DNA from: an uncultured bacterium
GTDB lineage: Bacteria; Chlamydiota; Chlamydiia; Chlamydiales; SM23-39
NCBI GenBank assembly: GCA_963716985.1
Contig: OY970323.1
Coordinates: forward strand, 896,001 to 960,000
Direction of reading: 5' to 3'
Length of the DNA stretch: 64,000 bases
The position numbers were made by a program, and so were the translations under genes. Position 1 is the stretch's first letter. Each line of letters starts with the position of its first letter. This document shows positions 1 to 8,525 of this stretch, piece by piece. The notes beneath the pieces were generated by a model that was not told the DNA's origin, did not search any database, and saw only the letters and a program-made list of their open reading frames with translations.

Positions 1-3000
1 AGGAACGTAACATGCTCCAAGCTTTAACAGGCTCAAAATGGCTACAATGAATTCAATGGAGCGATCCGCATACAGTCCAACAGTGAAACCCTTTTGAATC
101 CCGAGCGATTCGAATTTTTGAGAGAGTAGATGGATATATTTACCCAGCTCATGATAGCTAATGGAGCGTCTCTCATCTTCCAGAGCTATGGACTGTGGAG
201 TTAGATTTACTTGTTTAAGAAAGATCTCGTAAATCGAAAGGTCTTTCGGATAAGAAGATGTGGTTTGATTCCATTCTGTGAGCATGGTTGTTTTCTCTTC
301 TCGAGAGAGAAGATCTAGTTGCTGAACAGCCGTGTCCATGTGATCCAGGGCATTCTCTAACAAAATGACAAAGTGAGAGGCCATTCTTTCAATCATCGAA
401 TGATCCAGAGCATCTGCTTTATAATCGAACCAAGCGTGAAGATTTTGTTTGCCTAGAGTCATTTCTAGGGAGAGTTCATAACGAGAGGTTCTTAGATGAA
501 GCTCCTGAAAGCTGAAAGATTCATCTTTTAAATCAGACGTAGGATCTTTTTCGAAGCTGAATGCGGCCTGAAAAAGAGGAGAAATGAGAGGATCTCTGGG
601 AGCATGAATATGGCGCAGTATCTGCTCGAAAGAGACATTACTGTGATCATAGGCTGCAAGTAAAGTAGCTTTGATTCGAGTCAAATAGTCTCGGAACGTA
701 ATTTCCTTAAATAAATCGATGACGATTGGCAATGTATTGATGAAGCAGCCGATCAGATCTTCCGTTTCTTTTGTCTGTCTGCCTGCTGTAATAACGCCGA
801 TGGCAAAGCTTTCTTGGCCGGAGTATCTTTCGAGCAAAATGCTATAGACTGCAAAGAAAATCATGAAAGGGGTGGTCTGTTCTTGTTTTGCAAGGTCTTT
901 GACACGAATGACAAGGTGTTCAGGGATTGTAAATGCAACGCGCCGCCCTGCAAATGAGGGCATTTTGGTCGCACTTCGGGGCAGTTCTAACACAGGAGGA
1001 ACAATCTGAAGCGTGCGTTCCCAAAATTGCAGATCATCCGCGTAGCTTTTTTGACGTTGATCAATCGCGTAATCGGCATATTGAAATGTTGGTGGAGAAA
1101 GAGTTTGTGAGCGTAGGATAGAAAATACATTTTGCATGAGTATGCGAGTAGAGACGCCGTCGCAGATCAAATGGTGCATGACGACTAAGACGCGATATTC
1201 TTGCTCTTTAATTTTCACACAGAGAATGCGCAAGAGACGTCCTGTTTCAAGATCGAAAGAGCGTCGGGCTTCTTGCTCGCATGTCTGATGAAAGATTTGT
1301 TCTTTTTCTTCTTTGCTCAAATGACTCAAATCGAGGAAGTTTCGATTTATAGGTGCTGGAGGCAAAACCGTTGCGTAAGGAACCCCCTCTTCTGCAGAGA
1401 ATGCCGTACGAAGAATCTCTTGGCTTACAATGACTTCATCCACAGCGCGATAGAATAGGGTGGGATCAAAGGCTCCTAAATGAGTGGCAATCCCTGCAAT
1501 ATTAAAGGAGAATTGATTTTCTGATTTTTCTAAAAACCAGATTCCTTCTTGCGCGTAGGACAAGGGGATTTTATGATGAGAAAGGGGCAAACGAGTTCTA
1601 GTTTCTTGTGGTGTAGCTACAAGTTCTAGACTTTGCGCAAGATGCTCAAGGCTCATTTCCTGTAGAAGCTGAGACATTGCAACTTGAATGCCTATTTTGA
1701 CAGCCAATAGATTTTTAAGCTCCGTTGCCATCAAAGAATCTAAGCCCATTTGCGCAAGGGAATGAGTCATGACAATTTCTTCTTTTGCAATCTGAAGAAC
1801 AGAGGCGGCATACTCTTTTAGTTGTTCCAGTAGGGAAAGCACGGGTTTTGAAACAAGAGAGTTGTTTTTCGAATGAGAAGCGGGCATTGAGCCAAGTTCC
1901 CTAATCATGGGTGGAGAATAGGCTCTGGAGCGATGAACTTGAGACCAGTCTGCAGCGGTCACTACGACAGAGGGAAGATTGCTTTGCAGGATTTGCCCCA
2001 TGATGTCCCAACAGAGGTAAGGCTCCATCGGGAACATGCCCCGTTTGGCATGCAGATTTTTATTCTCCAAGGCGGCAGCCATTCCGAGCTGCACCGGTCC
2101 CCAATCAATAGAGAAGGCGGGAAGGTTTTGCCCACGCAAGAAATGGACAAATGCATCCAAGAAAGCATTTGCTGCGGCGTAGACGCTCTGCCCGATGATG
2201 GGGAGAGTGGCTGCTAAAGATGAAAAAAAGAGGAGAAAGTCAAGCGGCTCATCCTTAAAGGCTGTACAGAGGTTTATAGCCCCGTCTACTTTGGGAGGCA
2301 AGATCGCTTGTATATGTTCTTCGGTCACAAGAGGAATGGGAGCGTCTTTGACCGCTCCTGCTGCGTGTATAATTCCTTGAATAGAGGGAAGACCCTTTTC
2401 TTTTCTCTGTTGCAGCAGGTTTGTGAGCGAGGCGAGATTGGTTGTGTCAAGCGTTAGACTCTCTATTTGACAGCCTTGCGATTCGAGAGTGAGGATTTTT
2501 TGAATGGCCTGAAATCGGGGGTGTTCGGCGGAGATACTTTTCCACATTTCTTTTGAGGGAATTTCGTTGACTCCCGTAAGAATCAAATGGTGTGCCCCCC
2601 GATGAGCCATCCATTGCGCAACAGAGAGTCCCAACTCTCCTAATCCCCCTGTGATTAAATATGCAGCACCTGCCCGGAAAGAAATCGGCGGAACAATCGG
2701 CAATGGGGCTTTTTTAAGCCTAATCTGATAACGAACGTTTTGTCGCCAAGCAATTTGATCTTCTGAATCGAGCCACATCTCTAAAATGCGCTGTGCCTCC
2801 ACTGAAGAAGAAGCCTCCGCGAGATCAAGGTCGATCAATTTCCCTTTGAGCGCAGGATGTTCAATATGCGCTGCGGCCCTTGCAAGGCCCCAGATAAGGC
2901 TTTGGTATGTAAGAGAGATGGGTTCATCTCCGATTGCTTGAGTTCCTCTGGTTACAAAACAGAGAGTAGGAGCAATGCTTGCTTCTATACAGATCTGAGT

Positions 3001-5676
3001 AAGTGCCAAAGCTTCTGCAAACGGCTCTGGCATTAGGGCGATGACATTCCATTTGCGAGAGGATAGATTTTCTTTAAAGGAGATAAAATCGCAACTCTTC
3101 TCGATTTGTACGACGTGATCTCCTTTCCTTGTTAAAATCTTTTTTAATGCGTTGGAGAGCTTCTCTTTCTTGCCAAAAATGAGCCAAGGGTTATGTTTTT
3201 CATCCACCGATGATGGCGAAGGATTTGAGCTCTTTTCCCAGTTTAGAGCAAGGACGGAGGGAGTGGGCGAATCGAAAACAGTCAATAATTGAAGGGAGGT
3301 AATTCGAGCAAGCAAGCGGCCTGTCTGATCTAGCAATTCTAGGTGAATGTGCAAAGAGGCGTCTTGTCCTTCTAAATATGCATATCCGTAAACCCAAGAA
3401 GATGAAGGGAGAGCGAAACATTCAAATTTTTTAACGCCTATCGGCAAACGTCGTTCATGCCCTTCGCCTGCCTTGCCGAGGGAAGAGGCCATCTGAAAGA
3501 GCGCATCGATGCAGATGGTCCATGGATGAGTAGATGGGCACTCAATTTTTGCGATCGCTTCGGAGATTCCTAAATGAATGTCTTGTAGAGCTTGAAAAGC
3601 AACTCCGTAATGCAACCCTTGCATAGACATAGTTCGGTAATGATTTTTGGCAGAAAGAACATTGGGACATGCAGCGAGAATTTTTTCAGGGTTTTTATCG
3701 GGCGGAATCTGGACAGAGGAAATGATAGAACCCGTTGCAAAACTCATTTGAGAAGTGTGTACTTCAAATTGGATTTCGGCAGGTTCATCCGTCAAGGAGA
3801 GCTGAATCGAGTCGGTTTGAGGGAGTTTTAGCTTGTGAAGGAAGCGAATATTTTGTAATTGGATTGGAGTCGAGATGCCTCGCTTTTGAGCCGCCTCCAG
3901 AACCATTTCTAGGTAACCTGATCCTGGAAACACCACATCAGTTCCAACTTTGTGGTCGCTAAATAGAGCGCTTTTAGGAATGTCCACATTCCACACATGG
4001 AGCAAGGGCGTTTTGATCGGATTTATGTAGGAGCTTAATAGATTGCTCGCGATGTTTTTTTGCGTCTCAATCCAAAAGTGTTTTTTATTCCAGGTTGTGG
4101 TCGGCAAAGAGAGGGGAGGAGCTTGCGCGGAGGCTGGAGTGGAAGAGAGCACCACATGTCCGTTTGTTCCACCGAATCCGAAAGCGCTTACGCCTGCAAT
4201 GAGTTCTTGGGATAAATCGGGCCACGCACCGGATGCGGTAATAACCTCAAAAGGAGATGACTCTTGTGGGATAAGAGGGTTTAAATTTTGGAAATGCAAA
4301 CTTTTCGGAAGCTTTTTGTGATAGACGGCAAGGCTTGTTTTGATGACCCCGGCAATCCCTGCTGCAGCTTCCGTGTGGCCTATATTTGTCTTTACCGATC
4401 CGACAAAACATTTTGAGAGAGGCGATCTCTCCTCCTTGAGAACGGCGGTGAGAGCTTGCGCTTCAATAGGGTCTCCGATTTTCGTCCCCGTGCCGTGCAA
4501 TTCAATATATTGCACTTGAGAAGGGGATATGCGCGCTTGTCGATAAGCTTCTCGCAAAACTGCTTCTTGCGCTTTAGGATTTGGCGCCATGGTGCCGTTT
4601 GTTCGTCCATCCTGATTGATCGCAGAGCCTTTGATGATCGCATAGATGCGATCTTTACTTGATATGGCATCCGACAGGCGCTTTAGGACGACGATACCTG
4701 CTCCTTCGCTGCGAACGAAGCCATCGGCGTTGGCATCAAACGTTTTACATCTGCCATCCTTTGATAGAGCTTGAGCCCGTGAAAAAAAAATCGAGCTATC
4801 GGGAGTGAGCAATACATTGACACCTCCGACTAGTGCGATGCTGCATTCTCGCGCCTTAAGGCTATGGTTTGCCAGATGAAGAGCTACCAGAGAGCCGGAA
4901 CAGGCCGTATCAATGGCAAGGCTTGGACCATGAAAATCGTAAAAGTAGGAGAGGCGATTGGCCACCATGCTGTGCGCCGTTCCAGAGCCAGAATAGGCTT
5001 CTATACGCTCGGAATTAGAAAAGACCAATTTTCCATAATCATCACTGAGAGTCGCAAGAAATACGCCTGTATTTGATCCTTTTAAACAATGCGGCTCAAT
5101 GCCAGCATCTTGCAGAGCTTCCCAAGATGTTTCGAGCATGAGGCGCTGTCTCGGATCCAAATGAAAAGCTTCTCTGGGAGAGATGCCGAAAAAAGAGGCG
5201 TCAAATTGATCTAAATGATCAAGAAATCCTCCCCAACGCGAATAAATTTTTCCTTTGGCCGATGGATCGGGATCGTAAAGGCTGGCCAGATCCCAACGTT
5301 CGGCAGGAACCTGGGTAATCGCATCGACTCCCTCCCAACAGAGATCCCAAAAAGCTTTTAAGTTTTTAGCCATCGGAAATCTGCATGACATTCCAACAAT
5401 TGCAATATCATCTTGCATAGATTGCGAAGAATTAGAGAATTGCGTAGATATTTCATTAGAAAGAAATCGAGAAAGTTCCTCGATTGAGGGGTATTCCCAT
5501 CCTAGAGTTAAGCGGAGCGATCGGTTGTATTCTGTTTCTAGGGATTGCACTAAGGCAATTAATTGAGAAGATGTGAGGCCATAATGATCAAAAGGGAGAT
5601 CGATTTGAATGGAGCTAATATCGAGGCCTGTTTGGTTTGCAATAAATTTAGTAATAAAAGAGTGAAATTTATTCAT
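1..5676 (-). CDS. Hybrid AT-less PKS-NRPS (ACP-KS-DH-KR-ACP-C-A...), 3' end beyond the window
   Basis: Manual translation from the ATG at 5676, which overlaps the permease stop as ATGA; the same frame holds at checkpoints down to position 1. Motifs: ACP YGLTSS; KS DIAIVGMSCRFP, DTACS, HGTGT, GHTEAAAG, SAFGFGGTN; DH HKVGTDVVFPG; KR ITGGLGELG and GQSVYAAAN; ACP GLDSLM; C domain HHLICDG; A-domain start LKLGACYVP. Missing from the ORF track because there is no stop in the window. Confidence 0.95.
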   Translation of the reverse strand, partial: MNKFHSFITKFIANQTGLDISSIQIDLPFDHYGLTSSQLIALVQSLETEYNRSLRLTLGWEYPSIEELSRFLSNEISTQFSNSSQSMQDDIAIVGMSCRFPMAKNLKAFWDLCWEGVDAITQVPAERWDLASLYDPDPSAKGKIYSRWGGFLDHLDQFDASFFGISPREAFHLDPRQRLMLETSWEALQDAGIEPHCLKGSNTGVFLATLSDDYGKLVFSNSERIEAYSGSGTAHSMVANRLSYFYDFHGPSLAIDTACSGSLVALHLANHSLKARECSIALVGGVNVLLTPDSSIFFSRAQALSKDGRCKTFDANADGFVRSEGAGIVVLKRLSDAISSKDRIYAIIKGSAINQDGRTNGTMAPNPKAQEAVLREAYRQARISPSQVQYIELHGTGTKIGDPIEAQALTAVLKEERSPLSKCFVGSVKTNIGHTEAAAGIAGVIKTSLAVYHKKLPKSLHFQNLNPLIPQESSPFEVITASGAWPDLSQELIAGVSAFGFGGTNGHVVLSSTPASAQAPPLSLPTTTWNKKHFWIETQKNIASNLLSSYINPIKTPLLHVWNVDIPKSALFSDHKVGTDVVFPGSGYLEMVLEAAQKRGISTPIQLQNIRFLHKLKLPQTDSIQLSLTDEPAEIQFEVHTSQMSFATGSIISSVQIPPDKNPEKILAACPNVLSAKNHYRTMSMQGLHYGVAFQALQDIHLGISEAIAKIECPSTHPWTICIDALFQMASSLGKAGEGHERRLPIGVKKFECFALPSSSWVYGYAYLEGQDASLHIHLELLDQTGRLLARITSLQLLTVFDSPTPSVLALNWEKSSNPSPSSVDEKHNPWLIFGKKEKLSNALKKILTRKGDHVVQIEKSCDFISFKENLSSRKWNVIALMPEPFAEALALTQICIEASIAPTLCFVTRGTQAIGDEPISLTYQSLIWGLARAAAHIEHPALKGKLIDLDLAEASSSVEAQRILEMWLDSEDQIAWRQNVRYQIRLKKAPLPIVPPISFRAGAAYLITGGLGELGLSVAQWMAHRGAHHLILTGVNEIPSKEMWKSISAEHPRFQAIQKILTLESQGCQIESLTLDTTNLASLTNLLQQRKEKGLPSIQGIIHAAGAVKDAPIPLVTEEHIQAILPPKVDGAINLCTAFKDEPLDFLLFFSSLAATLPIIGQSVYAAANAFLDAFVHFLRGQNLPAFSIDWGPVQLGMAAALENKNLHAKRGMFPMEPYLCWDIMGQILQSNLPSVVVTAADWSQVHRSRAYSPPMIRELGSMPASHSKNNSLVSKPVLSLLEQLKEYAASVLQIAKEEIVMTHSLAQMGLDSLMATELKNLLAVKIGIQVAMSQLLQEMSLEHLAQSLELVATPQETRTRLPLSHHKIPLSYAQEGIWFLEKSENQFSFNIAGIATHLGAFDPTLFYRAVDEVIVSQEILRTAFSAEEGVPYATVLPPAPINRNFLDLSHLSKEEKEQIFHQTCEQEARRSFDLETGRLLRILCVKIKEQEYRVLVVMHHLICDGVSTRILMQNVFSILRSQTLSPPTFQYADYAIDQRQKSYADDLQFWERTLQIVPPVLELPRSATKMPSFAGRRVAFTIPEHLVIRVKDLAKQEQTTPFMIFFAVYSILLERYSGQESFAIGVITAGRQTKETEDLIGCFINTLPIVIDLFKEITFRDYLTRIKATLLAAYDHSNVSFEQILRHIHAPRDPLISPLFQAAFSFEKDPTSDLKDESFSFQELHLRTSRYELSLEMTLGKQNLHAWFDYKADALDHSMIERMASHFVILLENALDHMDTAVQQLDLLSREEKTTMLTEWNQTTSSYPKDLSIYEIFLKQVNLTPQSIALEDERRSISYHELGKYIHLLSQKFESLGIQKGFTVGLYADRSIEFIVAILSLLKLGACYVP

Positions 5677-6854
5677 GCATTTCGTTGAGAGGATTGAATT
5701 TTTAGCAAAGCAAGGGTGTAGAAGATGAGAGAAAAACAGAGTAGAATAGCAATGGTTGGGAGGATCGCAGAAACGGTATAGCCTCTTACTAAGACGTCTT
5801 GAAAACCTTTTAAAGCCCAAGCGTGAGGAGTGAGAAAGGAAATGCTTTGGAGCAATTTGGGCATTTCAAAGAAGGGGATAAAAATCCCGCCCACTGTTGC
5901 CATGCAGATAAGAATAAGACTGGATAGAGGACCCATTTGTTCCGTTGTTTTAGAGATCGATGCGATTAAAAGTCCGAGCGAGTTCGCTGTCGCTGCAGTA
6001 GCGAAAGTAACCAGTAGTAGTCCTGGTAGGCACTTTTCTAGCACTATATTAAAGACGAAGGAGCCGAAAAGGAACATGAAGGCCACTTGAACCAAATTTA
6101 CTAGATAAAATGGAGCAAGCTTACCAATTAACATTCGGGCGGGAGAGATGGGAGCGGTCATCAATCGATCGTAGGTGCCTCCTTCTCTTTCTCTCAAAAT
6201 CGTCGTGCCAATCACTTGCACAATAAAAAAAATGCCAAAAATCGTATAGCCCGGGACATTTTGCTCTTCTGCGCTGATGGGGCGTGTTAGTTTCATCCCC
6301 TTAGGGGCAATTCTTGCAAAATGAACGGCATCGTAGATGGGACTGTCGATCGAGCTTATTTGAGCGTTTCCGGCTTTTACTCCGGCCACATATCCGGCCA
6401 CATTCATGATATGCATTTTGATGAGGCGCTCGATGGGATTTAGATTAGATCCTCCGGTGGCAGGATCGGCAATAAACTCTACCAGGGGCCTAGATTCTGT
6501 TTGCAATGCACTGGAGAAATTGGAAGGGAATTTTAAAACGAGTGAATAGGAAGAACTGCGTTTAAGTAAGAGTGTTTCGCTCTCTTTTTCTTGAATTGCG
6601 GAACCATCGATTTGATCGACGACAATCAGTCCCTTTTCTTCTCGCAACTGATCGATGATATAGGATGCAAGCGGGCCTTGGTCTTGGTTTACGACGAGGA
6701 TTTTTGCGCTGGCAACGCTCTGGTTACCGACGCCCGCATAAGTCATCAGGAGGACAAAAACAATCGGTAGAATGAAAAGAACAGACAAGACGCCTCGATC
6801 TCTACAGATAAGTTTTAGCTCTTTGATGGTAATTGCAAGTAGTTGCCGAAGCAT
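5673..6854 (-). CDS. ABC-2 type exporter permease
   Basis: N-terminal TM helix, large loop, C-terminal TM bundle, and REREGGTYDRLMTAPIS motif. Confidence 0.92.
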   Translation of the reverse strand: MLRQLLAITIKELKLICRDRGVLSVLFILPIVFVLLMTYAGVGNQSVASAKILVVNQDQGPLASYIIDQLREEKGLIVVDQIDGSAIQEKESETLLLKRSSSYSLVLKFPSNFSSALQTESRPLVEFIADPATGGSNLNPIERLIKMHIMNVAGYVAGVKAGNAQISSIDSPIYDAVHFARIAPKGMKLTRPISAEEQNVPGYTIFGIFFIVQVIGTTILREREGGTYDRLMTAPISPARMLIGKLAPFYLVNLVQVAFMFLFGSFVFNIVLEKCLPGLLLVTFATAATANSLGLLIASISKTTEQMGPLSSLILICMATVGGIFIPFFEMPKLLQSISFLTPHAWALKGFQDVLVRGYTVSAILPTIAILLCFSLIFYTLALLKIQSSQRNA

Positions 6855-6855
6855 T

Positions 6856-7824
6856 TTATCCGTCCTGTTGATCTCGCAGCTCTTTGCCGGTGAGTTTCAG
6901 AAAAACCGTCTCCAAGGAAGGATTAGAAATATTGAGAGAAGAAATTTGGATGTCGAGTTTGTCTGTTATTCCGAGGAAAGACTGGAGAACTTTTTGTGGC
7001 TCTTTCGTCGTGATTTCTAGAGAAGAGTTTTTTAAATTAACCTCAGTAATAAAATCCATTTGCGATAAGATGTCCACCAAAGGGCGTTTGTTTTCCCCTT
7101 GGATGCCGACTCGAAAGAATGCCCCACCGATTGATTCGCAAAGATTTTGCGGGCTGTCCATGGCAATAATTTGTCCTTGATCGACAATGGCCACGTTTTT
7201 GCAGAGGCGCTCCGTCTCCTCCATATAGTGGGTGCTGTAGATGACTGTTGTCCCTGTTTGGCTAAGCTGTTCAATGCACTCAAAAATGGAATTACGGCTA
7301 TGGGGGTCGACTCCCGCAGTCGGCTCATCCATGAGCAAAATTTTAGGTTCGTGAAGCAGCGCAATTGCGATGTTTAAACGTCGCTTCATGCCGCCTGAAT
7401 AGGTCTCTACGATGTCTTTTGCGCGATCGATTAAGCCGACGACTTTTAGTACATGTTGGATACGCTTTTTGGCAGCGTCGCCAAGAATTTGATAAATTCC
7501 GCAAAAGAATTGAAGGTTTTCAAGGGCAGTTAATGTGGGGTAAAAAGCTAAAGACTGAGGGACGTAGCCGATTAGGCGTTTGATTTGATTGCGGTGGTTA
7601 GAATAGGCGAAGCCATGGATCAGAATGGAGCCATTGGAGGGACACTTGATCCCCGCAAGCATGGATAAAATAGAGGTCTTTCCCGCGCCATTCGGGCCTA
7701 GCAGCCCAAACACTTCTCCTTGCGCAACCTGAAAGGAAACACCTTTTACGGCAATCACATTTCCATAGTTACAGCGGACATTATTACATACAATTGCTGA
7801 TGCCATGGGAAACATGCTACGCAA
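6856..7824 (-). CDS. ABC exporter ATP-binding protein
   Basis: Walker A GPNGAGKT, signature YSGGM, Walker B LLMDEPT. Confidence 0.95.
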   Translation of the reverse strand: MRSMFPMASAIVCNNVRCNYGNVIAVKGVSFQVAQGEVFGLLGPNGAGKTSILSMLAGIKCPSNGSILIHGFAYSNHRNQIKRLIGYVPQSLAFYPTLTALENLQFFCGIYQILGDAAKKRIQHVLKVVGLIDRAKDIVETYSGGMKRRLNIAIALLHEPKILLMDEPTAGVDPHSRNSIFECIEQLSQTGTTVIYSTHYMEETERLCKNVAIVDQGQIIAMDSPQNLCESIGGAFFRVGIQGENKRPLVDILSQMDFITEVNLKNSSLEITTKEPQKVLQSFLGITDKLDIQISSLNISNPSLETVFLKLTGKELRDQQDG

Positions 7825-7829
7825 ATCCC

Positions 7830-8525
7830 TTATTTATTGCAAAGAATTAGCAGAGGATTTTGCGCGTTAGTAGCTATTGCGCCAGCCCACCCAGTTCCCA
7901 CGGGAAGCGTGCAGAGAGTCCATTGATCCAAGGAAAAGCTGTCGTAATGATCCTGCCGGATCACCTCGACATTGCGAATGTCGGTATTTAGGCCGCTTCC
8001 TAGCGCTTTTACATAAGCTTCTTTGAGCGTCCAGGCTTGGAAAAGCTGGTCCTTTTTGGCGTGTTCAGGTAATTTATTGTAAATTGCAGATTCTTGTTCT
8101 GAGAATATTATTTTTGACAAATCTTTATCTTTTGAATGTCGTTCTATATCGATTCCTACTTGTGAATTCGTGGTTAGAGCAATGGCAAGGCGGTCATGGG
8201 AATGGGAAAGGTTGAAGTGAAGAGGTGAAAGATGTTTCGAATGCAGAGATGGCTTGCCAAACGGATTATAGATGAACTCGATTTGGTGAGGGGAAGTATT
8301 TAAATGGATGCCTAAGATTTCTCTCAGACGACCTCGCGCTGCAATAAATCGAGTCTGTAGCTCTTCAGTCTTATATCTCGCTGCGCGTTCCTTTTCCGCA
8401 AGGGATAGATAGCTTGTCAGTAGGGCAAGTTTGGAGGAGTGAGTGAGGGACTCAAGCCAAATAAAGATTTTATCCAAATCTAGAAGCTTTTTTGAGTGTG
8501 GATTCGGGGGAGGCAAGATCTTCAT
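7830..8525 (-). CDS. Sfp-type 4'-phosphopantetheinyl transferase
   Basis: GKP, FNLSHS, VGIDIE and WTLKEAYVKALG motifs. The true start may lie slightly downstream, since it overlaps the upstream gene. Confidence 0.93.
   Translation of the reverse strand: MKILPPPNPHSKKLLDLDKIFIWLESLTHSSKLALLTSYLSLAEKERAARYKTEELQTRFIAARGRLREILGIHLNTSPHQIEFIYNPFGKPSLHSKHLSPLHFNLSHSHDRLAIALTTNSQVGIDIERHSKDKDLSKIIFSEQESAIYNKLPEHAKKDQLFQAWTLKEAYVKALGSGLNTDIRNVEVIRQDHYDSFSLDQWTLCTLPVGTGWAGAIATNAQNPLLILCNK

Noticed and set aside
4782..4790. A9 homopolymer in the KS domain as a phase-variation tract
   Set aside because: It is in frame, encodes ordinary I-F-F-S, and is unremarkable in AT-rich DNA.
933..5076. Short ORFs listed in the track across 0.9-5.1 kb
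   Set aside because: They are shadow or alternative-frame ORFs of the long minus-strand PKS-NRPS.
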